Source of the DNA: a bacterium
Lineage (GTDB): Bacteria > SAR324 > NAC60-12
Direction of reading: 5' to 3'
Length of the DNA: 64,000 nucleotides
NCBI GenBank assembly: GCA_965209155.1
Contig: OZ242383.1
Coordinates: 4,194,201 to 4,258,200 of the forward strand
Shown here: positions 9,890 through 19,104 of the stretch, piece by piece
How positions within the stretch are numbered: position 1 is the first letter of the stretch
How the letters are laid out: each line of letters starts with the position of its first letter
Made by a program: the position numbers and the translations under genes
Notes under the pieces: generated by a model
Told to the model about the DNA's origin: nothing
The model's input: the letters and a program-made list of their open reading frames with translations, nothing else
Databases searched by the model: none

Positions 9890-10681
9890 TTATTTGCCTC
9901 CAATGAATTGGATTCCGTAATATGACACCACTTGCCCGTCGGAACCTACGATGGGAAAACTGCCTCGCGCGCTCCTTGCCAATGTAGAAGAGGGAAAAGC
10001 TACGCGTGCGCCAGACTTTGTACTGGACGGACCATTGATCTCCAAGAAATAAAGGTCCTTTGCAAAATCCAGCTTTTTATAATCATTGCTGGCCCCGGGA
10101 AGAGAGGTGAATGCCTTATAGATTTCCTCTAGAGGTACCACAGGTTCTTTGATTGAAGAACCGACAGAGGAGGGTTTAGCGCAGAGTTTGTAATTAAAGT
10201 ACAAAGCCTCCAAGAAGCGGTCTGAACGAAATCGGGGTGGTTTTTTCTGGTTATTGGTCAGGATGTCAGCAAGGTAAGACGGTCTCAACGTCGATACTTT
10301 TTTCCGATCAATTCTCACTACCTGACTCTCAGGTAAGATTTGAACAATAGACGGGTGAGAAATCAATGCGCCATCTCTTTCATAGAGGTTCAATCCCTTT
10401 CTTTCCGCTGTGTCACATAGCTCGGCAGCATAGTGTTCCTTGAGGTATTCTATCTCTTTTCCATCCTCAAAAGGCCATGTTTCTACCGCGTTTTCCACCT
10501 CCTGCCTTAGAGAACATAGAGCGCTGTTTAACTTTGAAGCAGCCTTTTTTAGTGCGCTGATATCCCCTTTCTTTGCTGCATTCCGTAAAACTCCGGCCAA
10601 CTTTGCAAGTTCTAATGCAGATTTCATTGTTGAATTTGCAGCTTTTTCCGTATCACTGAAGGCCCGTTCAAAGCTCGTCAT
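9890..10681 (-). CDS. Hypothetical protein (first gene of three-gene operon)
   Basis: 263-aa ORF with AAGGGG SD upstream, helical-looking N-terminal half; no recognisable family. Confidence 0.6.
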   Translation of the reverse strand: MTSFERAFSDTEKAANSTMKSALELAKLAGVLRNAAKKGDISALKKAASKLNSALCSLRQEVENAVETWPFEDGKEIEYLKEHYAAELCDTAERKGLNLYERDGALISHPSIVQILPESQVVRIDRKKVSTLRPSYLADILTNNQKKPPRFRSDRFLEALYFNYKLCAKPSSVGSSIKEPVVPLEEIYKAFTSLPGASNDYKKLDFAKDLYFLEINGPSSTKSGARVAFPSSTLARSARGSFPIVGSDGQVVSYYGIQFIGGK

Positions 10682-11604
10682 TATCTACCCCTTTGCTTCC
10701 GTTCATTTTCCCACAACCCAGCCTTGTCATGGTTTGTTGAGTTATAACCTTGATGTCATCTCGACCGCATGGAGAGATCCCAAGATTCCTCACGTTCGTT
10801 CGAAATGACACATTTTTAAATGGGATATAACCTAACGAACCATTACATCTTAGGGACTAAAATAGTGTTTTTTATAACCGTTTTTTGAGAAAATAGGCAA
10901 GCAAAAAAATCAGAAAAAGTTTGACAGTGATTTTTGAATATTTTTTTAACTGTTCATTGATTCAAATTAGCAGTGTTGAATCTTACGCAATCTTTGCTCA
11001 GATTTAAGAACCTGTTTAAAAATTACGTACTGCGTTTTAACATGAGTCGAATCATAGCGATATAGACAATGACTTCAGCAGTGTGAGCATATCTTTCATA
11101 ATCGGTATTTTGTCGATGATACTATCCAAACCAAGAAATGGTTCTTTCCACAATCCATCACAATATGTCGTTTCCGTCCCTTCACCTTTTTTCCTCCTTA
11201 AAACCCCCGGAACCTCGCTGTTTTTCTGCATTTTGATTTTCTCACTCATCTGTCTCCTTTCTCCTTTTCATCAAATTTCCTTGCTCCTATGTCCCTCCAC
11301 AGCTGTTCAAAATTGTCCTGCAATCATTTTATAAGTCTCCACCCGATCTTTCGCATTGATTCTTTCTCGGGATCTGCGTACCTTTTTCATACGATCTCCC
11401 TTCGTTGGGTTAAAGTTTTGCGTGGTCCATGAAACCACAACATAACGAATGTGAGTTCATTTTTCAGTTTTCAACTAATTTTTGGACATTTCCTACCTTT
11501 AGTCCTTCCAGAATATTTTCTTTTGTCAGTTATTTTAAGTCAATAGCTGTTTGGCAATAAAATTGCATGTCTTTTTAATGTCCATTTTTTTAAAAAGGAG
11601 GTAG

Positions 11605-11883
11605 ATGTATCAAAGCAATTTAAGCGATCAGCAATGGTCTGAGATTGAACATTTTTTTAGACGTTCCGATCCCCGAGGTGCCAAAAGTATTCATAGCAAA
11701 CATACCATCGTCAATGCGATTTTATATGTGTTGGAAACGGGTTGTCAGTGGAGACTGCTTCCCCACGATTTTCCTCCCTGGCAAACCGTTTACGATCATT
11801 ATCGCCGCTGGAATCAAAGAGGGATTTGGCAAGAGGTTTTGGATTTCCTCAATGCCCGCACTCGCGTGAAAGAGGGTTCTTAG
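11605..11883 (+). mobile_element. IS5-family (IS4/5 DUF4096-type) transposase N-terminal fragment, IS remnant
   Basis: 92 aa with the characteristic N-terminal region (NAILYVLETGCQWRLLPHDFPPWQTVYDHYRRWNQRGIWQEVL) but no DDE catalytic domain follows. Confidence 0.7.
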
Positions 11884-11935
11884 AGTCCTTCCAATGTTTT
11901 CTTTTTTGTCAGTCTTTTGACCTTATAGATGCCTT

Positions 11936-12367
11936 ATGTCCTCAGAAACTTCTCTGATTGAAAAGCTCCAACGCATTGAGCGACTTTATGAAGGAGCCAT
12001 CACAGAAGGGGAACGCCTTGCCGCTGAAGAAGCTCTGCAACGGATCGGGGAAAGATTGCGCAAGATTCAACAGAAGGATCCTGTGGTTGAATACAAATTC
12101 ACCTTTCCCGACTTCTGGAGGCGGCGTTTGTTTGTTGCTCTGCTGAGACGTTACGGGTTTCGTCCTTATCGTTATCGAGGGCAACGTCACACGACAGTGA
12201 TGACTCGAATATCGAAATCATTTGTGGATCAAACTCTCTGGCCGGTCTTTTTAGACTTGTCTGAAGCGTTGGTTTCCCACCTGGATGAGATCACCACCCG
12301 CATCATCCAACAAGCGATTTATTCCGATAGTTCTGAGGCAGAAGAAAGAGACATGCTGCCCGGTTAA
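11936..12367 (+). CDS. Hypothetical protein
   Basis: 143-aa ORF between IS fragment and methyltransferase fragment; charged, helical composition; no family recognised. Confidence 0.35.
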   Translation: MSSETSLIEKLQRIERLYEGAITEGERLAAEEALQRIGERLRKIQQKDPVVEYKFTFPDFWRRRLFVALLRRYGFRPYRYRGQRHTTVMTRISKSFVDQTLWPVFLDLSEALVSHLDEITTRIIQQAIYSDSSEAEERDMLPG

Positions 12368-12390
12368 CCCCTTGAAGTTTTTATTGCCGA

Positions 12391-12924
12391 TTGTATGCTT
12401 TCATTAGGCGTAACTGCAGAGTCCCGGACTGTTGGGGACTGAAGGATCGTGACCTGATGGGATTGCCTTGGCGAGTAGCATTTGCATTACAAGACGACGG
12501 ATGGTTGCTGCGCTCAAAAATCACCTGGCTGAAGAAAGCTCCTATGCCCGAAAGCGTCAAGAACCGACCGTCAAACGCCACAGAGGAAATCTTTCTGTTC
12601 TCAAAAAGTGCAAAATACTACTACAACAATCAGGCAGTGCGAGAAGAAACCGGCGCCAATCTCCGGAATTACTGGCTGTTGGGGACGGATGCTGGTGACA
12701 AGCTGCATCCCGCCGTTTTTCCAAAAGAATTGGCACGGCGCTGCATAATCTTGGGTAGCCGTCCCGGAGATGTGATTCTTGACCCGTTTTCAGGGTCGGG
12801 AACTACTGGCATAGCAGCGATCGAGTCAAATCGTCGCGTCGTCCTTATTGAATTGAACGAAGAATATGCGACACAATCCGAAACCCGGATAAATAAGGGC
12901 GTACAGCAAACCTTAGCTGTTTAG
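12391..12924 (+). pseudogene. N-truncated DNA methyltransferase (beta-class N6A/N4C type), C-terminal portion only
   Basis: Contains the region preceding motif I (LHPAVFPKELARRCI) and motif I itself (DPFSGSGTT) plus the upstream ITWLKK segment, but the DPPY-type catalytic motif that lies N-terminal in this class is absent. Confidence 0.6.
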
Positions 12925-12941
12925 CTCCGATAAATTGCGCC

Positions 12942-13238
12942 ATGAGTACACTTTCAGAATTACGGCGAAGTTATCACTCCAAAATTGGCTCGCAAATAGT
13001 CCGATTCTCCGAGAGAAATCGCTTGCTTTATCCAAACTTTGCCGATGGCAGCAGTCAATCCAGCGTTTTCATTGCAAATGGAATAATAGATTGTGTATAT
13101 CACTTCGCTTTGGATGAGTTGCGCCAAGTCTGTGAAGCCATTCCCAAGGTGAAAGATCAATCAGAAATGCTGGCAGTCATGGTCGAAGGTAGTAGACTTC
13201 GTGACATAAGTGATTTGCCTTTCGATATTGTTGTTTAG
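12942..13238 (+). CDS. Hypothetical protein
   Basis: 98-aa ORF only; weak support. Confidence 0.25.
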   Translation: MSTLSELRRSYHSKIGSQIVRFSERNRLLYPNFADGSSQSSVFIANGIIDCVYHFALDELRQVCEAIPKVKDQSEMLAVMVEGSRLRDISDLPFDIVV

Positions 13239-14067
13239 AGGTCAATCGTTGCATTCATTGGATTGTTGAAAAATCCCGTGCAATGGAATCCGTCAAATCA
13301 CCACACCGTTGTATGGAGAGGAGTTTAAATCATGAGTAGCTCGATCCAACAATCCCTGCCCTTTGAAGAAGCAGTACACCTTGAAGGTCCTGGTCGACTC
13401 GGTCAGGCGAAGATCGAGTACGCCCCCGTCCAAAACATTCTGACGCGCGCAAAATGAAGCTTTTAGTGTCCTTCAAATGCACTTGCCGGATCTCGGTGAA
13501 GGAAAGGACGGCTTTGCTCCCCCTTTTGAAACCGAATGAAGGAAAATCCACGATGATTTTCAAAAAAAATTGCATGCTTGTGCTCTCAGGTCTCCACATC
13601 GTGGTCCACAAGCGTTCGATTGAAAGGCAAAGCAATGACTAAAAAGCCGAATCACTATCGCAGCGGATGGTTTATTTTCCGAGTCGGTAACATACGCCTC
13701 GGTATGTACCATCATGGTCTGGGCGATTGATAAAATTAAAGACAAGCGGGTGATACTCTCTCTTTTGCGGCATTGAATAACCCAGGAAATTCTCGCGGCT
13801 GTTTTGAGGTTTTATGAATAATGAGTCTTCCACAAGGTTTAAACCTCAAAAAACGCTATTGGGGCTGACACTTTTGGGCGAGAGGATATTTTTGCGCAAC
13901 GGCAGGTCAAGTTATTGATGAAATGATTAAAAGTTATTTGGAGCATCATTTTGAATCGAATCCTGATGATGATTTTCAGACCGAAGCCTAAACGGGTCTG
14001 AAATGACCCGTATCCGTACTTTCAGTACTTGAGTTTAAACCCTCCATCTTCGGACGGTGTTTGTTTA

Positions 14068-14282
14068 TTTTTTTTACGAATCCTGCATTTTTTCATTTGG
14101 AGGTTGACATTTTGCAAGATATATTGCCAAAATCATGCCTTTACTAAGTTGTTTTAGTGAAAGAAAAGGTTCCCGATCGATTGAGCAATATCGTGGAAGG
14201 ACTTGAAAACGATCGGTCCTCTCCGGAAATCTTTTTTAATGATATTTAACTGAACGGGTTTTTCAGAGACCTGAATAGTTAC
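14068..14282. repeat. Right copy of ~212-bp imperfect inverted repeat bounding the accessory block
   Basis: Reverse-complement match to 7206-7417; outer end ~73 nt upstream of the lipoprotein start codon at 14355. Confidence 0.8.
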
Positions 14283-14354
14283 GTTTTTACTTACTGAAAT
14301 ATAATTCATTTTAGCGTAACTTTTGTTAAAATACCTTTCCCTGGAGAAATTATT

Positions 14355-15341
14355 ATGACGGATACGCCACATGCAACTCCTCAAGATCATAATCAGGATA
14401 TGCTTCCTGCAAAGTTCGTTTTGAATAAATACCGGATCATTTTCGTAGCATTAACGCTTGTCGCGGTCGGCCTCGCCGCATGCGGCGGTGGAAAATCAGG
14501 ATCGGATCCCCTTAGTAGCCTTGAAAGCATCAGAGAACTGACTGGCATGACGGCACCGGTAGAGAAGCCCGCGGCGCAAAAAGCACGAGCACCAGGTATT
14601 GCCTCGCGATCCGACTCTCTGATCATCTCTACGACGTACGTGGAAACGAGCGACGATGAACTTCCCACTTTTAGCTTCGGGGCGCAGTGCGCCGGTACTC
14701 GGTGCACGATATCGGAGCCCAGGATCGGATACGTCAGGACCGTTACCCTGTCTGAACTCGAGACCATAACCCTGTCTGAACTCGAGATCGTGGACGGCTC
14801 TCCTGAAGCAGTTGGAACCAAGCACGGCATCACCCTGATGTCGGTAACCGGCCGGCGCATGGACGATGAGTTCACTACGTTTGGAGCATGGATGGCGCAT
14901 GGCGGGTTTCAGGTTGAGACCGCGCGTGTGGTAATCCCGGATGATATCAGGATGAACCTCGTCTCCGGCCTCGCTTTGGGTGATCTCACGGGCAGCCGTC
15001 CAAGAGGGAGCGCAACGTGGATCGGTCTTATGGTTGGAACGCCTGCCACAGGGGATAACCTCGGAGACAGGCTGCAGGGAGATGCGGCCTTGAACTACGA
15101 CATGAGCGCCGGCGGTGGGCTCGACGTCGGTTTCAGCAGTATCAAGAACATCGACCGTGGCACGGCGCACACGACATCCACAGTGCTATTCGCAGACGTT
15201 CCAATCAGTTCGAGTGGGACGTTTGAAGCAGGCCATGCTGGCAACCGCATCCAGGGCGGTTTCTACGGTCCTGATCACATTGAGGCTGCTGGAATTTTCG
15301 AGCAGTCAAACATCGTCGGAGCCTTCGGAGCAAAACGATGA
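14355..15341 (+). CDS. Surface lipoprotein with TbpB-like C-terminal beta-barrel (handle) domain
   Basis: Lipobox (VAVGLAACGGG) after a signal peptide; C-terminus NRIQGGFYGPDHIEAAGIFEQSNIVGAFGAKR matches the terminal motif of transferrin-binding-protein-B-like lipoproteins. Confidence 0.55.
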   Translation: MTDTPHATPQDHNQDMLPAKFVLNKYRIIFVALTLVAVGLAACGGGKSGSDPLSSLESIRELTGMTAPVEKPAAQKARAPGIASRSDSLIISTTYVETSDDELPTFSFGAQCAGTRCTISEPRIGYVRTVTLSELETITLSELEIVDGSPEAVGTKHGITLMSVTGRRMDDEFTTFGAWMAHGGFQVETARVVIPDDIRMNLVSGLALGDLTGSRPRGSATWIGLMVGTPATGDNLGDRLQGDAALNYDMSAGGGLDVGFSSIKNIDRGTAHTTSTVLFADVPISSSGTFEAGHAGNRIQGGFYGPDHIEAAGIFEQSNIVGAFGAKR

Positions 15342-15498
15342 TGAAAGAATCATTCACTAACGAAAATGCAAAGAAAGGGCTCAATTCTCAGAAGAAATCG
15401 GCTTGTTGGCTGGATCGATCAAAGGGTGACCGGTTGAAGAATTTGATGGTTTTTATATTTTGTGTTTCTTGGTCTCCTCGATTTTGTTGTGGTTCGTT

Positions 15499-15885
15499 TC
15501 AGTCTTTGTTTTGTTTTTCAAGATAGCGCTGAATCTCTTCCAGAGAAATCCGTTTGAGGATCTCAACGGGCGAAAGTCCTTTCAGGCGATCATCGGCCGA
15601 AAAGCGTTTGAGGACTTCATCAGTCGAAAAGCGTTTGAGGACCTCATCGGTCGAAAGCACACCCAAATGATCACGCACATAATCTTTTTGAAAATCTTCC
15701 ATCGTATAGGCCATCTCTAATCCCTCCAATTGATAGTTCTCAAAGAGTTGATTTAATATCGTACTGATTTCCCGGGTATGCCCTCGGTATTGACGCGAGG
15801 CAAATTCCACTTCTCCGGGAATGCCACTGAATAAATGCCAAATCGCATTATGCTCCGCATGAGCGATCTCACTCAGTACAATCAT
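15499..15885 (-). CDS. Hypothetical protein with tandem TDEVLKRFS-type repeats, possibly a gene fragment
   Basis: 128-aa ORF; ~30-bp tandem coding repeats at about 15540-15690; reading frame stays open upstream of the first Met, suggesting truncation. Confidence 0.3.
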   Translation of the reverse strand: MIVLSEIAHAEHNAIWHLFSGIPGEVEFASRQYRGHTREISTILNQLFENYQLEGLEMAYTMEDFQKDYVRDHLGVLSTDEVLKRFSTDEVLKRFSADDRLKGLSPVEILKRISLEEIQRYLEKQNKD

Positions 15886-16140
15886 CCGAATGAGATCACT
15901 CCCCCGCTGAATCTCATATGAAAGCGTTCTGGCTAGAAAGTTTGGAAAAGTAGCGTTTTTTTCTTATTCAAATCGATTTTACTTTCCTTTTCGCTTGTTT
16001 CTGAAAATGGCTCGTCAACCACGCCTTTACTATCCTGGCGCGCTTTAGCATGTGAATCTTCGTGGCCATGGAGGGCAAACCTTTTTTTCTGTCCTTCCTA
16101 CTATCGACAATTTTATCACTTGCTCCCAGATGGTTCCCAA

Positions 16141-16640
16141 TGCTTTGATCACCGGATTCACGCCTTTTGCTTAATGAGCAATCGTGTTCCTCCCTACTCT
16201 CTTCCTCTTTGAAGACAGATCATTCATCAAATGGATCGAGTTTATCAACTACCGGAGAATGAATTAACCCGAGTTCGACATAAATCTTCAATAATAGGAG
16301 TATTCTGGCGTTTATGTCTTTCCGGGCGCAGACCCGAAATCCAGATTTCAGTCTGGCTGCATACCTCTGGATTCCTGGTCAAGCCAGGAATGACACGTTT
16401 TCTCTACAGTCACGAAAGTCGAGTGAAGCCCGCGCGATGATTAGCCTGTTGGCTGTCGATTGGAAGTCCGCCACTATTCGAGTAGTCGGAAAATTTTAAA
16501 TTGAGATGATTTGACGATCAGCTTTGCTATGCACCAGTTGCGACAACGATTGAAGGAATCCGAGGGTCTCCAAATTCAATTAGAGGAACTAAAACGTCAA
16601 ATACTTGCTTGAAGTTTCAAACTTTCAGGCCTGACTCCTT
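16141..16640 (+). repeat. Dispersed ~500-bp repeat, element X copy 1
   Basis: Near-identical to 18060-18556 and, over its 3-prime ~240 bp, to 21961-22200; contains an embedded REP-like hairpin unit. Confidence 0.75.
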
Positions 16641-16833
16641 TTTTTTCACTCCTATAAAGAATTTCATAAGGTGAAGTAGATGTCTGGCCTATGTAGTTCT
16701 GAAAACCGCCGTTATAGCCCATGTAAAAATTCCCGTCCAAATCGCTTGAGTAACCGGGGCGACTGTCTTTCTCAACTCGCTTTTGGTTGTCTACAAAATC
16801 GGACTGTATTTTTATTTCTCGTTTCTTCGCCAT
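16597..16833 (-). CDS. Small hypothetical protein
   Basis: 78-aa ORF with AAGGGAAAG SD, just downstream of the lipoprotein gene; last codons run into element X. Confidence 0.3.
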   Translation of the reverse strand: MAKKREIKIQSDFVDNQKRVEKDSRPGYSSDLDGNFYMGYNGGFQNYIGQTSTSPYEILYRSEKKGVRPESLKLQASI

Positions 16834-16868
16834 AACACTTTCCCTTTCAATCAGAAAATAAATCTAAA

Positions 16869-17591
16869 TCAATTCTCTTTCATAGCTTTCCAACGCTTAA
16901 AAACAAAATCCACCATAAATTTATGAATCTCATATCCTCCATAATAATCATCTCTTAATTTTTGTACCATCGCAACATTAGGAGTCACAAAATTAGAAAG
17001 GTATAACTCATCAAAACGATCCAAATTTATACGATCCACAACAACTTTAATGATAGTATGTTGTTGATTGGACCCTGATAATAACACTAATTGATCATAA
17101 CCATAAGAATCTCTTCTAATATCAAAGCTAATAAAATCCAAAGAGATTAATTCTTCTTCACGTACTAAACTGATAAGTTCCTTCCACTCTCGATCATAAT
17201 AATATGCCCCTAATCCACAACGCTTATTCACATTATCACTCCATCGAGCCACTATTATCACTCTTGAATCATCAGGATATTTTTTCTCTTCGTAAAACCT
17301 TGAATGATAACCCATTATAGGTTGACCAGAAACATCATATTCCTCAATCTGTATCACGCAACCTTCAGGAAAAACTCGCTCAATTTTTTCAAAAAAAGTT
17401 AACTCCATATCAGGTTCAATTTCTGCCTCGACCACCTCAGGTAATACAGGAACTACCACTGAATCTTTGACAGTAGGAATTTGCTGAATACCATCATCCA
17501 CTTGAACACCAGCAACCGGAGCAGTCTCTTGAACCGGCATCGCACAACCAAACAAAAAGACCACTACAAATAACAAATAAAAAATTCTCAT
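16869..17591 (-). CDS. Hypothetical lipoprotein
   Basis: 240 aa; signal peptide with lipobox (FLFGCAM); AT-rich codon usage typical of this island. Confidence 0.55.
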   Translation of the reverse strand: MRIFYLLFVVVFLFGCAMPVQETAPVAGVQVDDGIQQIPTVKDSVVVPVLPEVVEAEIEPDMELTFFEKIERVFPEGCVIQIEEYDVSGQPIMGYHSRFYEEKKYPDDSRVIIVARWSDNVNKRCGLGAYYYDREWKELISLVREEELISLDFISFDIRRDSYGYDQLVLLSGSNQQHTIIKVVVDRINLDRFDELYLSNFVTPNVAMVQKLRDDYYGGYEIHKFMVDFVFKRWKAMKEN

Positions 17592-17642
17592 AAAACTCCT
17601 GTTATCGTACCATTAATAAAAAGGGATTTGTAGGCCATGTGA

Positions 17643-17990
17643 TCAATCATCAATAAACTCCCAACAAGTTGTGTTCGTTACTGCTTCAAATACATCACAA
17701 GCAAGTATTCTTGATGAACCGCCTTTATCATCTTCAATACTTAAATGATACTCTTCTCCATTCTTACATTTAACTGCAATATATAATGCAGCAGTATTCC
17801 AATCAATCCTTCTTATAAAATATTTCGTTACTGCACAAGAGACCCCAGACGCTGGACTAGCGAGCATAGTTAGAAATCGAATTTATTCTTTTTCGCTATC
17901 TCCATAAATTTGATAAAACCAGCGATTTGCATGAATTTGAGAAAACGATAATAAAATTGAAATCAACAGATAACAAATAATCTTTTTCAT
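17643..17990 (-). pseudogene. Secreted-protein gene interrupted by an in-frame TAA stop
   Basis: A 35-codon ORF starting at ~17990 encodes a signal peptide (MKKIICYLLISILLSFSQIHA) and is in the same frame as ORF 17643..17867, separated by a single TAA. Confidence 0.4.
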
Positions 17991-18009
17991 AACACATTCT
18001 AAAGGAACT

Positions 18010-18556
18010 GAAACGTCCAATACCTACTTGAAGTTTCAAACTTTCAGGCCTGACTCCTTTTTCATTATCACCGGATTCACGCTTTTTACTTAATGAGCAA
18101 TCATGTTCCTCCCTGCTCTCTTCCTCTTTGAGGACGGATCATTCATCAAGAGGCTCGAGTTTATCAACTACCGGAGAATGAATTAACCCGAGTTCGACAT
18201 AAATCTTCAATAATAGGAGTATCCTGGCGTTTATGTCATTCCGGGCGAAGACCCGGAATCCAGGTTTCAGTCTGGCTGCATACCTCTGGATTCCTGGTCA
18301 AGCCTGGAATGACACGTTTTCTCTGCAGTCACGAAAGTCGAGTGAAGCCCGCGCGATGATTGACCTGTTGGCATTCGATTGGAAGTCCGCAACAATTCGG
18401 GAGGTCGGAAACGTTTTCAATCGAGATGATTAAACGATTAGGTTTGGAGTGCACCGCTTGAGACCACGATTGAAGGAATCCGAAAGTCTCCAAATTCAAT
18501 TAGAGGAACTGAAACATCAAATACTTGCTTGAAGTTCCAAACTTTCAAACCAGACC
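18010..18556 (+). repeat. Dispersed repeat, element X copy 2 (with tail of an additional copy at its 5-prime end)
   Basis: Aligns with 16141-16640 along nearly the full length; the tail motif CTTGAAGTTTCAAACTTTCAGGCCTGACTCC is present at both ends. Confidence 0.75.
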
Positions 18557-18713
18557 TTGGTACTCACCAATCCCCGCGATATCTGACCGGGTGGAACGAT
18601 ATTCCTTCATCCGGCATTATTTCCAATTTATTTAAATGTTCCTATTATTGAATCAGTCTTTTTATCATAGACCTCAATTGTAGTTGCCAAAATAAACATT
18701 CTGAAATTTTCAT

Positions 18714-19040
18714 CTAATTCACTTCACCTGATAAAATAATTATACAATCATTACTACTGAATAGTCCTGAACGGCAATTTTTATTAAAATAATCCATAAA
18801 ATTTTTTCGGCCAATTCGGCTTAATATATCGGCACTTGCTCGAAGTGTATATCCATCAGATTGTACATCAAAATAATCATTTACTGATAATTTATCAGCA
18901 AAATAACTTGTTGTTCCTGCAAATTTAATCTCGTATCCTATTGACGCAAAATCAAAGGTATAGTCCTTTAATGTGGTTCTAAAAGGTTCGGCTTGAATAA
19001 TATTTACAAAAATTAAACCGATTAAAATATTTAAAGACAA
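18714..19040 (-). CDS. Small secreted hypothetical protein
   Basis: 108 aa with N-terminal signal peptide (MSLNILIGLIFVNIIQA). Confidence 0.45.
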   Translation of the reverse strand: MSLNILIGLIFVNIIQAEPFRTTLKDYTFDFASIGYEIKFAGTTSYFADKLSVNDYFDVQSDGYTLRASADILSRIGRKNFMDYFNKNCRSGLFSSNDCIIILSGEVN

Positions 19041-19104
19041 ATAAACGTTTCATATTGTATTCTCCATATTGAAGGTATTTCAAAATCGATCCAAAATTAT
19101 CAAT

